From Chiloscyllium plagiosum (lineage: Eukaryota), in contig NC_057719.1 of assembly GCF_004010195.1 (NCBI RefSeq), positions 35,683,092 through 35,747,091 of the forward strand: 64,000 nucleotides of DNA, written 5' to 3'. The translations under genes were made by a program, and so were the position numbers. The notes below the pieces were generated by a model. That model saw only the letters and a program-made list of their open reading frames with translations. It was not told the origin of the DNA and searched no databases. Positions 28,360 through 41,101 of this stretch are shown in pieces. Positions within the stretch are counted from its first letter, which is position 1. The number at the start of each line of letters is the position of its first letter.

Positions 28360-28700
28360 TCAGGTGTGAGGTTCAAAAGCTAATTTCCACTCCGGGTCAT
28401 GAACACAAAAGTCAAGCCTGGCAATTCGGTGCAGTACTGAGGGAGTGCAGTAGGTGTCATCTTTTAGAATGGATTTTTAAATCTAACAGAGGCTACATTA
28501 GTATGTTGGTTTAAAAGACTCCATGCCACTGTTTCAAAGAGGAGCCGGAATTATTTCCAATATCCTGGCCAATCTTTATTCCCCAGTCAACATAAAACAA
28601 AAACAGGTCATCATAGAGACAATCCCGCAGAAGCACTTCATTGTGCTTTAAGAAATTCAGCAGTCATTGAAGTGTAACATAAACTGAAGTTTTTTTCTTT
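28360..28700 (+). mobile_element. Deu-domain SINE (SacSINE1-like), decayed
   Basis: GTGCAGTACTGAGGGAGTGC...AAAAGACTCCATGCCACTGTTTCAAAGAGGAGC...TCCTGGCCAATCTTTATTCCCC resembles the Deu domain as recalled. Confidence 0.65.
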
Positions 28701-28783
28701 TTACAATGCAACCAGTTCTGAGAACTAAATAATTTGGAGAATTCATTTTAAATATACACTACTTGTATTATTCCTGGAAGGAT

Positions 28784-31212
28784 GAACATAGAACATAGAA
28801 CATTACAGTGCAGAACAGGCCCTTCAGCCCACGATGTTGTGCCGACCATTGATCCTCATGTATGCACCCTCAAATTTCTGTGACCATATGCATGTCCAGT
28901 TGTCTCTTAAATGTCCCCAATGACCTTGCTTCCACAACTTCTGCTGGCAATGCATTCCATGCTCTTACAACTCTCTGTGTAAAGAAACCACCTCTGACAT
29001 CCCCTCTATACCTTCCTCCAACCAGCTTAAAACTATGACTTCTCGTGTTAGTCATTTCTGCTCTGGGAAATAGTCTCTTGCTATCGACTCTATCTATGGC
29101 TCTCATTATCTTGTATACCTCAATTAGGTCCCCTCTCCTCCTCCTTTTCTCTAATGAAAAAGGTTTGAGCTCAGTCAACATCTCTTCATAAGATAAGCCC
29201 TCCAATCCAGGCTGCATCCTGGTAAACCTCCTCTGAACCCTCTCCAAAGCATCCTCGTCTTTCCTATAATAGGGTGACCAGAACTGGATGCAGTATTCCA
29301 AGTGTGGTCTAACCAAAGTTTTATAGAGCTGCAACAAGATCTCAAGACTCTTAAACTCAATCCCCCTGTTAATGAAAGCCAAAACACCATATGCTTTCTT
29401 AACAACCCTGTCCACTTGGGTGGCCATTTTAAGGGATCTATGTATCTGCACACCAAGATCCCTCTGTTCCTCCACACTGCCAAGAATCCTATCCTTAATC
29501 CTGTACTCAGCTTTCAAATTCGACCTTCCAAAATGCATCACCTCGCATTTATCCAGATTGAACTCCATCTGCCACCTCTCAGCCCATCTCTGCATCCTGT
29601 CAATGTCCCGCTGCAGCCTACAACAGTCCTCTATACTGTCAACAACACCTCCAACCTTTGTGTCGTCTGCAAACTTGCTGACCCATCCTTTAATCCCCTC
29701 ATCCAAGTCATTACTAAAAATTACAAACAGTAGAGACCCAAGGACAGAGCCCTGTGGAACACCACTCACCACAGACTTCCAGGCAGAATATTTTCCTTCT
29801 ACTACCACTTGCTGTCTTCTGTTGGCCAGCCAATTCTGTATCCAGACAGCTAGGTTCCCCTGTTTCCCATTCCTCCTGACCTTCTGAATGAACCTACCAT
29901 GGGGAACCTTATCAAATGCCTTGCTGAAGTCCATATACACCACATCCACAGCTCGACCCTCAAACTTTCTAGTCACATCTTCAAAGAACTCGATAAGGTT
30001 TGTGAGGCATGACCTGCCCCTCACAAAGCCATGTTGACTGCATTTGATCAAGCCATGCTCTTCCAGATGGTCATAAATCCTATCCCTCAGAATCCTTTCT
30101 AACACCTTGCAGATGACAGACCTGAGACTTACTGGTCTGTAATTGCCGGGGATTTCCCTATTTCCTTTCTTGAAGAGAGGAATTACATTTGCCTCTCTCC
30201 AGTCCTCAGGTACGACTCCAGTGGAGAGCGAGGATGCAAAGACCTTCGCAAGTGGCGAAGCAATTGCATTTCTCCTTTCTCAAAGCAGCCGAGGACAAAT
30301 CTGGTCCGAGCCTGGCTTAATGTTTGACAAAATTTTCAGCACATCAGCTTCCTCTATCTCTATCCATTCCAGCATGCACACCTGCTCTTCAAAGATTTCA
30401 TTCACTGCAAAGTTCGTTTCTTTCGTAAAGACAGAAGCAAAAGACTCATTTAAGGGCTTCCCCTACCTCCTCAGACTCCACACACAAATTCTCTATGCTA
30501 TCCCTGATCGGCCCTACTCTTCCTTTGACCATTCTCTTATTCCTCACATAAGTGTAAAGTGCCTTTGTATTCTCCCTAATCCGTTCTGCCAAGCCTTTCT
30601 TGTGCCCCCTCTTGGCACTCCTCAGACCATTTTTGAGCTCCTTCCTCACCTGCCTGTAATTCTCTCGAGCTGAAAATGTGTTGCTGGAAAAGTGCAGTAG
30701 GTCAGGCAGCATCCAAGGAGCAGGAGAATCGACGTTTCAGGCATGAGCCCTTCTTCAGGAATTCCTGAAGAAGGGCTCATGCCCGAAACGTCGATTCTCC
30801 TGCTCCTTGGATGCTGCCTGACCTGCTGCGCTTTTCCAGCAACACATTTCCAGTTCTGATCTCCAGCATCTGCAGTCCTCACTTTCTCCTAGAAGATGTA
30901 ATCCTCTAGAGCTGAGCTTGACCCTAGCTTCCTCCACCTTATGTAAGCTACCTTTTTCCTTTTGACGAGAAGCTCCACCACTCTCGTCATCCAAGGTTCC
31001 TTTATCTTACCACTTCTTGCCTGTCTCAGAGGGACATATTTATTCATCACTTGCAACAACTGTTCCTTAAACAGTCTCCACATGTCTATAGTGCCTTTAC
31101 CATGGAACAATTGCTCCCAATCCATGCTTCCTAACTCATGTCTAATCGCATCATAGTTTCCTCTTCCCCAATTAAATATCCTCCCATTTTGCCTAATCCT
31201 CTCCTTAGCTAT
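28784..31212 (-). mobile_element. Young HER1-like CR1 LINE with an open 411-aa RT segment (28870-30105)
   Basis: YMDFSKAFDKVPH, VPQGSVLG, KFADDTK and LVRPHLEYCIQFW motifs; tail (TGTTCTA)n; 5' truncated and interrupted by the PLE palindrome. Confidence 0.95.
30674..30896. mobile_element. Near-perfect palindromic PLE-derived element (family A) with two hammerhead-like motifs
   Basis: ~88 bp arms centred on GGAATTCC (30758-30765), 3 mismatches, no spacer. 19 bp TSD (17/19 identical) at 30655-30673 and 30897-30915. Confidence 0.9.
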
Positions 31213-31619
31213 GTATTTTCATTTCTTTCTGAATAAATGCACAAGTTTCAGGACCAATAATATCGAACCATGCTAACTAAAATAAAATAGGTTTTGCAGC
31301 ATTTGTATTTTGTGGGATCCAGGAAAGGAAGCATTGCTACTATATGTGACTGCACATCTTTAAAAGAATTAAGAAATTTATGGATGATTTTGCTTGATCA
31401 ACAAATTCAAAGAACAACTCCAACAGACTTCAAATGGAAACAAAATACTGGGGAAATTCCACAGGTCTGGCAGCATCTGACAAACAGTCAACATTTCAAG
31501 ACCTGCTCGATTTCTTCAGCATCCAGTTTTTGTTTTACATTAAATGTTTTCTTAAGTCATTACATCTGTTGTGTCTAAGTGTCAAAATAGAGAGCCAGCT
31601 GCAATCAGCATTTTGCTCA

Positions 31620-31955
31620 AAGGAGGTGATAGCCTAGTGGTAGTGTTGCTGGATTGTTATTACAGAGACCCAGGTAATGTTCTCAGTTCTACCCACAGAT
31701 GGTAGAAATTGAATTCAATAAAAATCTGGAATTAAGAGTCCAATGATTACCATGAACCTATGGCTGATTATCGGAAAAACCCATCAGGTTCACTAATGTC
31801 CTTTAGGGAAGGAAATGTGCCATCCCTTACTTGGTCTACATGATTCCAGACCCACATCAACATGGCTGACTCTTAACATTCTTCTGGGCAATTAGGGATG
31901 GGCAATAAATGCTGGCCTGGCCAGTGATGCCCTCATCTTGTAAATGAACAAAACA
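31620..31955 (+). mobile_element. SINE family B, near full length
   Basis: tRNA-like head, central AAAACCCATCAGGTTCACTAATGTCCTTTAGGGAAGGAAA, tail GGCAATTAGGGATGGGCAATAAATGCTGGCC. Confidence 0.82.
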
Positions 31956-32421
31956 AAAGCATTGCCATTGTGCAACAGCTTTTCTCTTCAGAAATGCTGC
32001 CAGAGACAGTTTTTCAGCACTGTGATTTGGTTTTAGCACCTTATGTGCAGACACTATAGGCCAATCTCGTCAAGCAAAGGTTTCAATCACATATCCGTGT
32101 CACCACAAATTTAGCCTATTTTGATATTGTTTCATGTTACACCAATGTCATTTCATCTCTATTGCCTCGAGACTTGACAGTTTCTATACATTCTTGCATG
32201 ATCTCCCATATTCTACCTGTATGGACAATGGTCATTCAAAAGCCTGTAGCTCCTGCCCTTAATCATAGAAAGTACTATTCACTCATCATCCTGGTGCTCA
32301 TTATATTGCCTCTAAGTTAAGCAACACCTTGATTTTAAGATTCTTAACCCCATTTTCAAATCCATGGCCTCAGCTTTCATTGTCTCTAATCATGTTCAGC
32401 TGAACGCATCAGATTTTGAGG

Positions 32422-32540
32422 GGCCCCCTTGTGATGCAGCGATAGTGCCCCTAGTCCTGGACTGAACAGTCCACGTTCAAGTCCCACCTACTCCAGAGGT
32501 ACATATTACAATCTCTTAACAGATTGATTAGAAAAAAAAA
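32422..32540 (+). mobile_element. Short tRNA-derived SINE (family C)
   Basis: Homologous to 44361-44476; B-box GTTCAAGTCC; ends GATTGATTAG(A)n. Confidence 0.62.
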
Positions 32541-32782
32541 GTGAAATGCGTCACATTTTGGCCTCTTGTTTTTCATTGTTTCACGGTTGGTAGCTTCAGC
32601 TACTAGGACCCAAGATCTGAGATATACTCCTCACACCTCCCTTCCTGCTCTTCTATCTTAAAGATACTTCTTTACACTATCTCTTTGACTCAGTTGTTAA
32701 TCATTTAACTCTAACTACTTCAGTGGCTCAATATTGTATTTTGGCTTGTAATGCTTCTGGAGACCTCCTTAGGATGTTTTAT

Positions 32783-33331
32783 TGAGAATGTGTATAGGTT
32801 ATGAGCAGGTAGGGAAAGAGTTAAGTTTTGTGAAACAAGAGGTTCAGCTGAGCATGACTCGGATCAGATAAGAACTTGCAGTTAACAATGGGTGCCGGAA
32901 GTAATGGTAATAGGTTAATAAGGTGGAAAAGCATTCATTATGTAGAGCCATTAACAATATTGGAAGCATTCAGTACGTAAGATCAGTTTAACAAGTGAAA
33001 AGTATTCATTATGTGAAGTCAGTTAAGGTTAAGAACAGTCATTGTGTAACAGCAGATGGCTTAATCTTTACTACTGACATTCACTGATTGTAACGGTCAC
33101 CCATCAATATGTATGTTGCCTTAACTGGATGTTCCTCCCTGTAAAATGACTGCATAATTCATTAAGAAACTGCTGCTCGAGAGAGAAGACCGAGAACTCA
33201 CGTCTCTGTGCACATGGGCAATCGTTCTCTCTCCCTCCAGGGCCTAGAATAAAGATGAAGGAGGCAAAACTATACTGTCTCTCTGAGGGTTTTGTTTCAA
33301 CTGAGGGCAGGTGGGTGGGAACAGGACGACA
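32783..33331 (+). mobile_element. Solo LTR (549 bp)
   Basis: TG...CA termini, 4 bp TSD TTAT, AATAAA at 33248-33253, internal ~35 bp imperfect repeats. Confidence 0.75.
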
Positions 33332-33739
33332 TTATAACAAGTAAATTTAAATAACATACTGCATTGTTTTGTTAAAGAAAAGACAAAAACAAATTTTCCT
33401 GATATTGCAAGTTTAACGAAAGCTGTATGAAAGGAAGCAAATACTGTTATTTACAAATGGGCAGATACCATTCTGAAAAGAAATCCAAATAACCAGGTTT
33501 CTAAAATGAGACATTTTGATACCACCTTATTCACATAAATCCATTTATTTTCTTCTTTGCATTTGTAGCTGAAGAACGTATCAGGCTGGCAATATGAAGT
33601 TACCATATTGCTAAATTATAAACTTGCTCATGGCTTAATTTTTAAAAAATGTTATTCAAGATACTTATGATATTTTTAGTGCAGCATGGTCAGTAAAGTC
33701 CAAAAATAATCCCACTGCTCTGAATCTTACTTTGCTTAG

Positions 33740-34050
33740 TTAAAAATCACACATCACCAGGTTATAGTCTAACACTTTTATTTGGAAGTACTAGTTTTTG
33801 GAACGCTGCTTCTTCATTAGGTAGCTGTGGAGTAGGATCATAAGACAGAATTTATAGCAAAAGACCACAGTGTCGTGCAACTGAAATATACTGAACAAAC
33901 CTAGAATGGTGTCTTATGATCCTGTTCCACAGCTACATGAAGGAGCAGCACTCCGTAAGCTAGTACTTCCAAATAAACCTGTTGGACTATAACCTGAGAG
34001 AATTTCAATTTTGTCCATCCCAGTCCAACATTGCCATCTCCACATCATCA
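33740..34050. mobile_element. Inverted-repeat PLE-derived element (family C)
   Basis: Arms CAGGTTATAGTC..ATCATAAGACA / TGTCTTATGAT..GACTATAACCTG; homologous to 17680-17840. Confidence 0.78.
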
Positions 34051-34901
34051 TTCTGCTTAAACTATTAAAGCTTCATCCATCATTCAACAATTCTAAATAA
34101 AGAACTCCCTCAATTTCACTTCCGTGACAATTTAAAAAATTGTTAAACCCCATCTCTGCTCCAGAGGATATATTCTCAGTACTTTGTTTCACTTCGTAAA
34201 ACAAAAGCAGGATAAATGTCATCTGGCAAGCTATCAGAATGCTCAATTAATTGGCAAAGTGATACGAGGTGTCATTAACTACTACACAGTTGTACTTACT
34301 CACCAATAATTTGCTTATTGATGCTCAATTCGGATTCTGCCAGGACCACTTAGTTCCGGACCTCATTACAATTTTGAGCAAAAGAGGTGAATTCCAGGAG
34401 TAAGATAAAAGAAACAAAAATAGCAAGACCAAGGACATAACTGGCATAATAGTGACAACAACAGCAAGATCACAGTCTGGATATTCTGCAGTTCTAGAAG
34501 CCTTTTCGGTATTTAAAAGGGTACAACTGAAGAGCAAGAATACTGTCCGCTGGAGACCATCGCAGGAGATGGTCACATTAACACTCAACAAGTTCGACAT
34601 AGCCAGTTAAAAAAAAAGCAGTCTGCTTGACTGATACCCAGACACTCAAACATTCACTCCCTCCAGCTTCTGCACATATACACTCTGTAATCAATCTAAA
34701 AGCTGTACTATAGTAACTCCGAATGCTTCTTCAACTGCCTCTACAAAATCCATAGCCACTACATCCTTAAAGAACAAGGGCAACATGCGCATGGGGATAC
34801 AACAAACATGCAAGCTTCTCTGACATGGAATTACACCACTCAGTCTTTTATTATTTACACCACTCAGTCTTTTATTATTAACAGGTTAAAATCCTACATT
34901 T

Positions 34902-35601
34902 GCTGGAAATGTGTTGCTGGAAAAGCGCAGCAGGTCAGGCAGCATCCAGGGAACAGGAGAATCGACGTTTCGGGCATAAGCCCTTCTTCAGGAATGGGGA
35001 AGGTTTGTCCAGCAGGCTAAGATAAAAGGTAGGGAGGAGGGATTTGGGGGAGGGGCGTCGGAAATGCGATAGGTGGAAAGAGGTCAAGGTGAGGGTGAAA
35101 GGTCAGACTGGGGTGGGGGCGGAGAGGTCGGGAAGAAGATNNNNNNNNNNNNNNNNNNNNNNNNNNNNNNNNNNNNNNNNNNNNNNNNNNNNNNNNNNNN
35201 NNNNNNNNNNNNNNNNNNNNNNGGGGGCCAGTGGGGTTCTGTCCTGGTGGCGGTTGGAGGGGCGGGGTTCAAGGGCGGAGGAGCGGGAAGTGGAAGAGAT
35301 GCGGTGGAGGGCATCGTCGACCACGTCGGGGGGGAAATTGCGGTCCTTGAAGAAGGAGGCCATCTGGGTTGTGCGTTTTTGGAACTGGTCCTCCTGGGAG
35401 CAGTGCCGGCCTGTCTCCCCAATATAGAGGAGGCCACATCGGGTGCAGAGGATGCAGTAGATGATATGTGTGGAGGTGCAGGTGAATCTGTGGCGGATAT
35501 GGAAGTTTCCTGTTCCCTGGATGCTGCCTGACCTGCTGCGCTTTTCCAGCAACACATTTCCAGCTCTGATCTCCAGCATCTGCAGACCTCACTTTCTCCT
35601 C
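34902..35601 (-). mobile_element. Young truncated Penelope-like element (family A) with GIY-YIG fragment and inverted pseudo-LTR
   Basis: IIYCILCTRCGLLYIGETGR in ORF 35103..35579. Exact 15 bp TSD TAAAATCCTACATTT. Hammerhead-like motif at 34964-34991(-). Confidence 0.9.
35141..35222. other. Assembly gap (82 N)
   Basis: Run of N. Confidence 1.
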
Positions 35602-37189
35602 TAAAATCCTACATTTCCCTACCGAGCATCACTGTAGCCATTTCAATGAAATGCAGACTAATGCAATTCAAGGCAGATGTTCACACTTTCAAAGGCAAGA
35701 AATGCTGTCCTTGCCTGCAACACTCAATGCCACAAATGAATAAAAAACAATTTCCCTTGTGAATCGGTGGTACTAATATTGTTTCTTTAAGAAGGCTTTT
35801 AAAATATCAATCTGCATTGTAAATATAATCTAATAGTTGTTTTTTTTGTTCTTATTTATTAAACTCAGAATTCTATGACTTAATCTACCTTGTGTTTCAA
35901 TATAATGTACTTATACACAGACCCATTCATTTATGCACAATGCCTTTCAGACTCTTATCCAATGAGCTTCTTAACTGAAAACGCATCATCATACCCTCCC
36001 ATAAATCAATCTTTAACTACTCTATCCTGACAAATGATTATCCAATAACTGTTGTTCAAAATCATGAAACAGGATAGCCATCTACGTTCACCTTTCCTGC
36101 CATTCAATGTCTGAATCTCTCAATTAGAATTCCACCTTGTCAGAGAAGTCAAAATGTTTTAAAGAAAGTCAAATTACATTCATTTCTCACAGCAAGGATT
36201 CTCTCTTCAAACTTCCTGCAGTCTTTTAACATAGTTGATCATGTTATCCTCCTTCAACAACTCTCCTTTGTCCCTCATAACATTTTGCAACTTTGGGCCA
36301 TCAAAAGTAATTGCTGTTTTCTCTATCCAGAACAGCCAAAACTGAAGTGCACAAACTTCACAGCTTTGCCAACAGAGGTTCACTTTTCCATACATCTTTT
36401 GGACTAGTCATACTTGATGCTGTCTGACTAAACGTGAAGAATTGGTTCCATGGATACCTTGTCAAACAAGATGCACACGAAAGGTTGTGTACCAAACTGA
36501 AGCCTGACAATGCAGTGTGACAACTTTGGGGCTTTATTTTTAATTTTAAATTTGTCAGGTCTTGTGAAACATCAAAAAGTTACACAAATTCCCAACTTAA
36601 TACCAATTGTAATTCCTAACAAAAATTATACATGGACCGATAATTGCATCTTATTCTTAAGGAGCATGAAATAGTGACTAGGACGTGTGGGGAGAAAATG
36701 AAAACAGAAAACAGAAATCATCACTTCCAGCAACATTATGAAGATGAAAATGGATTACATTATTACTGCATCAACATTGATTCAGTAGTTCAAGCTGTAT
36801 TTCAGTCAGCACTAAGCACTAATATTTCAATTTCTGTTTAATTAGTTACCTTCATGTCTACTGTCTACCTTGAAAAAAGCATGCATCCAACCATTTGACC
36901 AATTAAGAAATGGTAAACATGTGGAAACAAAGCACGCTAAATGTAAGCAAGCCTAAATTTCAAAAAGACAAAATCTTTCAGCTAAGAATGTCTAGTCTGC
37001 AGTTTTCAACAAAATTGGAAGAAACTTGAAAAGAGTGAAGATTCCAAAATTGAACATAAGCAACAGATAGCATTAATTCTGGCACTTCTAGACATATGGC
37101 TGAAGGGAGAAAGGTCATATTTATTGAAGTGTTTGGTATATAATGAGGTGAACAGTTTATGTTTAAAAGAGTAAGAGTAAGCTGCTCCA

Positions 37190-38585
37190 ATACAGTTACA
37201 ACTGGCATCAACCAATGTGGAAAATTGCCCAAGTAAGTCCTGTATATAAAAAGCAGGACAAATTCAACACTGCCAATTATCACCCCATGAATCTACCTTT
37301 AATCAACAGTAAAGTGTAATCAAGCAGCACCTGCTCAGCAATAACCAGTTTGGGTTCCACCAGGGACACTTCACTCCTGACCTCATTACAGCCTTGGTTC
37401 CTATATGGACAAAACAGCTGAACTCCAGAGGGAAGGTGAGAGTGACAATCCTTGACGTCAAAACTGCATTTGACCTACCGTGGCATCAAGGACCCTGGCA
37501 AAGCTGAAATCAATGGGAATCGGGTGGTAAACTTTCCAGTGGTTGGCGTCATATTTGAAGCCCAGGATAGTTGTGAGATCTGGGAGGTCAGTCATCTCAG
37601 CTCCAGGACATCTCTGCAGAAGTTCCTCTGGGTAGTGTCCTAGGCCCAAACTTCTTCAGCTGCTTCATCAATGACCCTCCCTCCATCATAAGGTCAGAAG
37701 TGAGGATGTTCTCTCATGATTGCACAATATTCAGCACCATTCTCAACTCCTCAGATACTGAAGCAGTCCATGTTCAAATGCAACAAGATCTGGACAATAT
37801 CCAAGCTTGGGGTGACAAGTGGCAAATAACATTTATGCCATACAAATGCCAGACTATGACCATCACCCATAAGAGACAATGTAACCACCGCCCCTTGACA
37901 TTCAATGGTGTTACCATCACTGAATCCCTCACTATCAACATCCTTGGGTTATCATCGACTAGAAACTCATCTGGACTCACCAAATAAACACTGTTGCTAT
38001 AAAAGCAGATCAGAGGCTAGGAATACTCCAGCAAGTTACACACACCTTGAGACACCAAAACCTGTCCACCATCTACAAGGCATAAGCCAGGAGTGTGATG
38101 GAATACTCCCTAAGTGCAACTCCAACAACACTTAAGCAGCTTGACAACATCCAAGACAAAGCAGCCTGCTTGATTCTCACTACCACAAGCATCCACTCCT
38201 TCTACCACCGACGCTCAGTAGCAGCAGTGCGTACTATCTACAAGACACACTACAGAAATTCAACAAAGAACCTCAGACAGCACCTTCCAAACCCACAATC
38301 GCTTCCATCTAGATGGACAAGGGCAGCAGATATAAGGGAATAACACCACCTTCAAGTTCCTCTCCATGCCATTTACCATCCTGACTTGGAAGCATATTGC
38401 CATTCCTTCACTGTCACTTGGTCAAAGTCTTGGAATTCCCTTCCTAATGGCATTGAGAGTCAACCCATAGCAGGTGGACTGCAGCAGTTCAAGAAGGCAG
38501 GTCCCCATCACCTTCTCAGGGGCAACTAGGGTTGGGCAATAAATGCTGGCCAGCCAGCGATATCCACATCCCACAAATGAATAAA
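37190..38585 (+). mobile_element. LINE-B (CR1-group non-LTR element), RT to 3' tail
   Basis: Degenerate LDVKTAFDLPWHQG, VLGPNFFSCFIND and MFSHDC (FADD) motifs; tail GGCAACTAGGGTTGGGCAATAAATGCTGGCCAGCCAGCGA..ATGAATAAA. Confidence 0.85.
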
Positions 38586-38604
38586 GTCAATTAAGAATTA
38601 AGAA

Positions 38605-40315
38605 CCTCAGTCATGGGTAAGATCCTGGAATCTCATTGTGTGGAGGATGCGATCTCTGAATACTTGGAAACTTATGGTAAATAGGACAAAGTTAGGATGG
38701 TTTCATCAAGGAAAGATCGTGCTTGACAATCTGGTTGGCATGGACAGGTTGGACCGAAGGGTCTGTTTCCATGCTGTACATCTCTATGACTCTAAGTAAT
38801 GAGCAGGTCAGACCAAGGAGAGCCAATGGATGTCATCTACCCGGACTTCAAAAAGGCCTTTGACAAGGTGTCTCACAAGAAGCTACTGGGTAAGATAAGG
38901 GCATATGGTGCTAGTATGGATAAAAGCTTGGCTGTCTGGCAGAAAGTAGAGAGTGGGGATAAAAGTGTCCTTCTCAGGATGACAGCCGGTGACAAGTGGT
39001 ATTCCACAAGGCTCAGTGTGGGACCACAGCTTTTCACTATACATTAACAATCTAGATGAAGGAACTGAGGGCATTCTGGCGAAGTTTGCAGACAATACAA
39101 AAATAGGTAGAGGGACAGGTAGCATTGAGGAGGTGGGAAAGCTGCAGAAAGGTTTGGACAGGTTAGGAGAGTGGGCAAAGTAGCAGCAGATGGAACACAA
39201 TGTGGGAAAGTGTGACGTCATGCACTTTGGTAGGAAGAATAGAAGGATGGACTATTTTAGGAAAGGGGAGAAAATTCACAAGTCTGAAATGCAAAGGGAT
39301 CTGGAAATTCTATTTCAGGATTCTCTCAAGGTAAACTTGCAGGTTGAATCAGTAGTTAGGAAGGCAAATGCAATAATGGTATTTATTTTGAGAGGACTTG
39401 AATATAAAAGCAGATATGTACTTCTGAGGCTCTATATGGCTCTGGTCAGACCACATTTAGAGTATTGTGCAGAGTCTTGGGTCCCATATCTCAGGAAAGA
39501 CATACTGGCCCTGGAGCGTGTTCAGAGGAGGTTCACGAGAATAGTCCCAGGAATGAAGAGCTTAACATATTAGGAACGTTTGAGGACTGTGGGTCCGATA
39601 CTCGAAGTTTAGAAGGATGTGGAGGGTGGGGGAATCTAATTGAAACACACAGAGTACTGAATGGCCTGGATAGAGTAGATGTTGGGAAGATGTTTCCACT
39701 GGTAGGAGAGACTTAGAGTAGATTAGATTACTTACAGTGTGGAAACAGGCCCTTCGGCCCAACAAGTCCACACCGACCCGCCGAAGCGCAACCCACCCAT
39801 ACCCCTACATTTACCCCTTTAACCTAACACTACGGGCATTTTAGCATGGCCAATTCACCTGACCCGCACATTTTTTTGGATTGTGGGAGGAAACCGGAGC
39901 ACACGGAGGAAACCCACGCAGACACGGGGAGAACGTGCAAACTCCACACAGTCAGTCGCCTGAGTCGGGAATTGAACCCGGGTCTCTGGCGCTGTGAGGC
40001 AGCAGTGCTAACCACTGTGCCACCGTGCCGCCCACAAGTAAAGGGAAGACATTTTAGAACAGAGGTAAGGAGAAACTTTTTCAGACAGACAGTAGTGAAT
40101 CTGTGGAATTCATTGCCATAGAAGGCTGTGGAGGCCAGGTCATAGAGTATATTTAAGACCGAGATAAATAGGTTCTTGAGTATCAAAGGGATCAAGGGTT
40201 TTGGGGAGAAAGCGGGAGAATGGAGTTGAGAAACTTTATCAGCCATGATTGAATGGCAGAGCAGACCCGGTGGGCTGAATGGCCTAATTTCTGCTCCTAT
40301 GTCTTATGGTCTTAA
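38605..40315 (+). mobile_element. CR1 LINE (RT to tail) with nested HE1
   Basis: ORFs 38799-39716 and 39846..40121; tail ATGTCTTATGGTCTT. Confidence 0.9.
39719..40033 (-). mobile_element. HE1-type V-SINE, full length and CpG-rich (young)
   Basis: GGGCGGCACGGTGGCACAGTGGTTAGCACTGCTGCCTCACAGCGCCAGAGACCCGGGTTCAATTCC head; tail TTGGGCCGAAGGGCCTGTTTCCACACTGTAAGTAATCTAATCTA. Confidence 0.92.
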
Positions 40316-41101
40316 TAAAGAAACTAGGTAAAGTTGGAGTAGTAACACACCCAATCAAAGGGGACACTGATGTAATATTCAAATGATTGTGATTCAGGGG
40401 GTCAGGAAGGGGAATCAGTTTGGGTGTTGGAATTGTACGAGAAATAAATCACTTGTGGGAGTGATCTACAGGCTCCCTAACAGTAATCATCATGTAGGAC
40501 GAAGTATACAAGATGATACATTAGGTGCTTGTGATAAAGGGATGACAGTAGTTATGGGTGATTTTAATTCACATATAAAGTGAAAAAGTAATATTGGCAA
40601 TAGTAGCCTCAATGAGGAGTTCACAGTATGTATCAGTGCACACACTTATAGAAGCAAAAAGTTAAGGCATAAGCTTACTTCACCATTCTATCAGATCATG
40701 GCTGATCTGTACTTGACCCCCATCTAACTTTTCTCAATGCTATTACTTACAAAATATATTAATTTAAGTGAGTTGAATGTTGCTTTACGTCAAGAGCAGC
40801 TAATCTCAACCCACTTCAGATCTTCAGCTCATGCCTCCAGATCTGAAACAAACCTGTTAATGAACTGTGGATCAAAACGTACACCAAGTTTTACCAAAAT
40901 TGAGCCACAAACAGTTTACTGGTGAGTAATTCTTACTACTGATAATTTGTTCTACCACATCAGTAATGCCCAAGAAGGGCTGTAATTAACCAGATTAGTT
41001 ATTTCCTTTCTTATCGCTATGATATTCATAAGTAATTTTGTACAGTATGGTAGGTGCAGCTGAAATTGTGCAGTATTTCCTGCCAAAGATCCACTAGGCC
41101 A

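Noticed and set aside
29175..29887. Overlapping and antisense ORFs within CR1 copies
   Set aside because: Shadow frames of RT-coding sequence.
28870..30105. 411-aa ORF as a host or domesticated gene
   Set aside because: It is ordinary CR1 RT. The upstream part is disrupted by frameshifts and a PLE insertion, and the element is 5' truncated.
34295..34320. Strong minus-strand donor TTG|GTGAGT in intron 1
   Set aside because: No convincing matched acceptor or frame; it lies at the edge of a decayed LINE.
34831..34878. Exact 24 bp tandem duplication (also a 14 bp one near 58338-58366)
   Set aside because: Ordinary slippage duplications with no spacers; not CRISPR-like.
39960..40033. tRNA-like sequences here and at other SINE heads
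   Set aside because: They continue into SINE bodies and tails; they are not tRNA genes.
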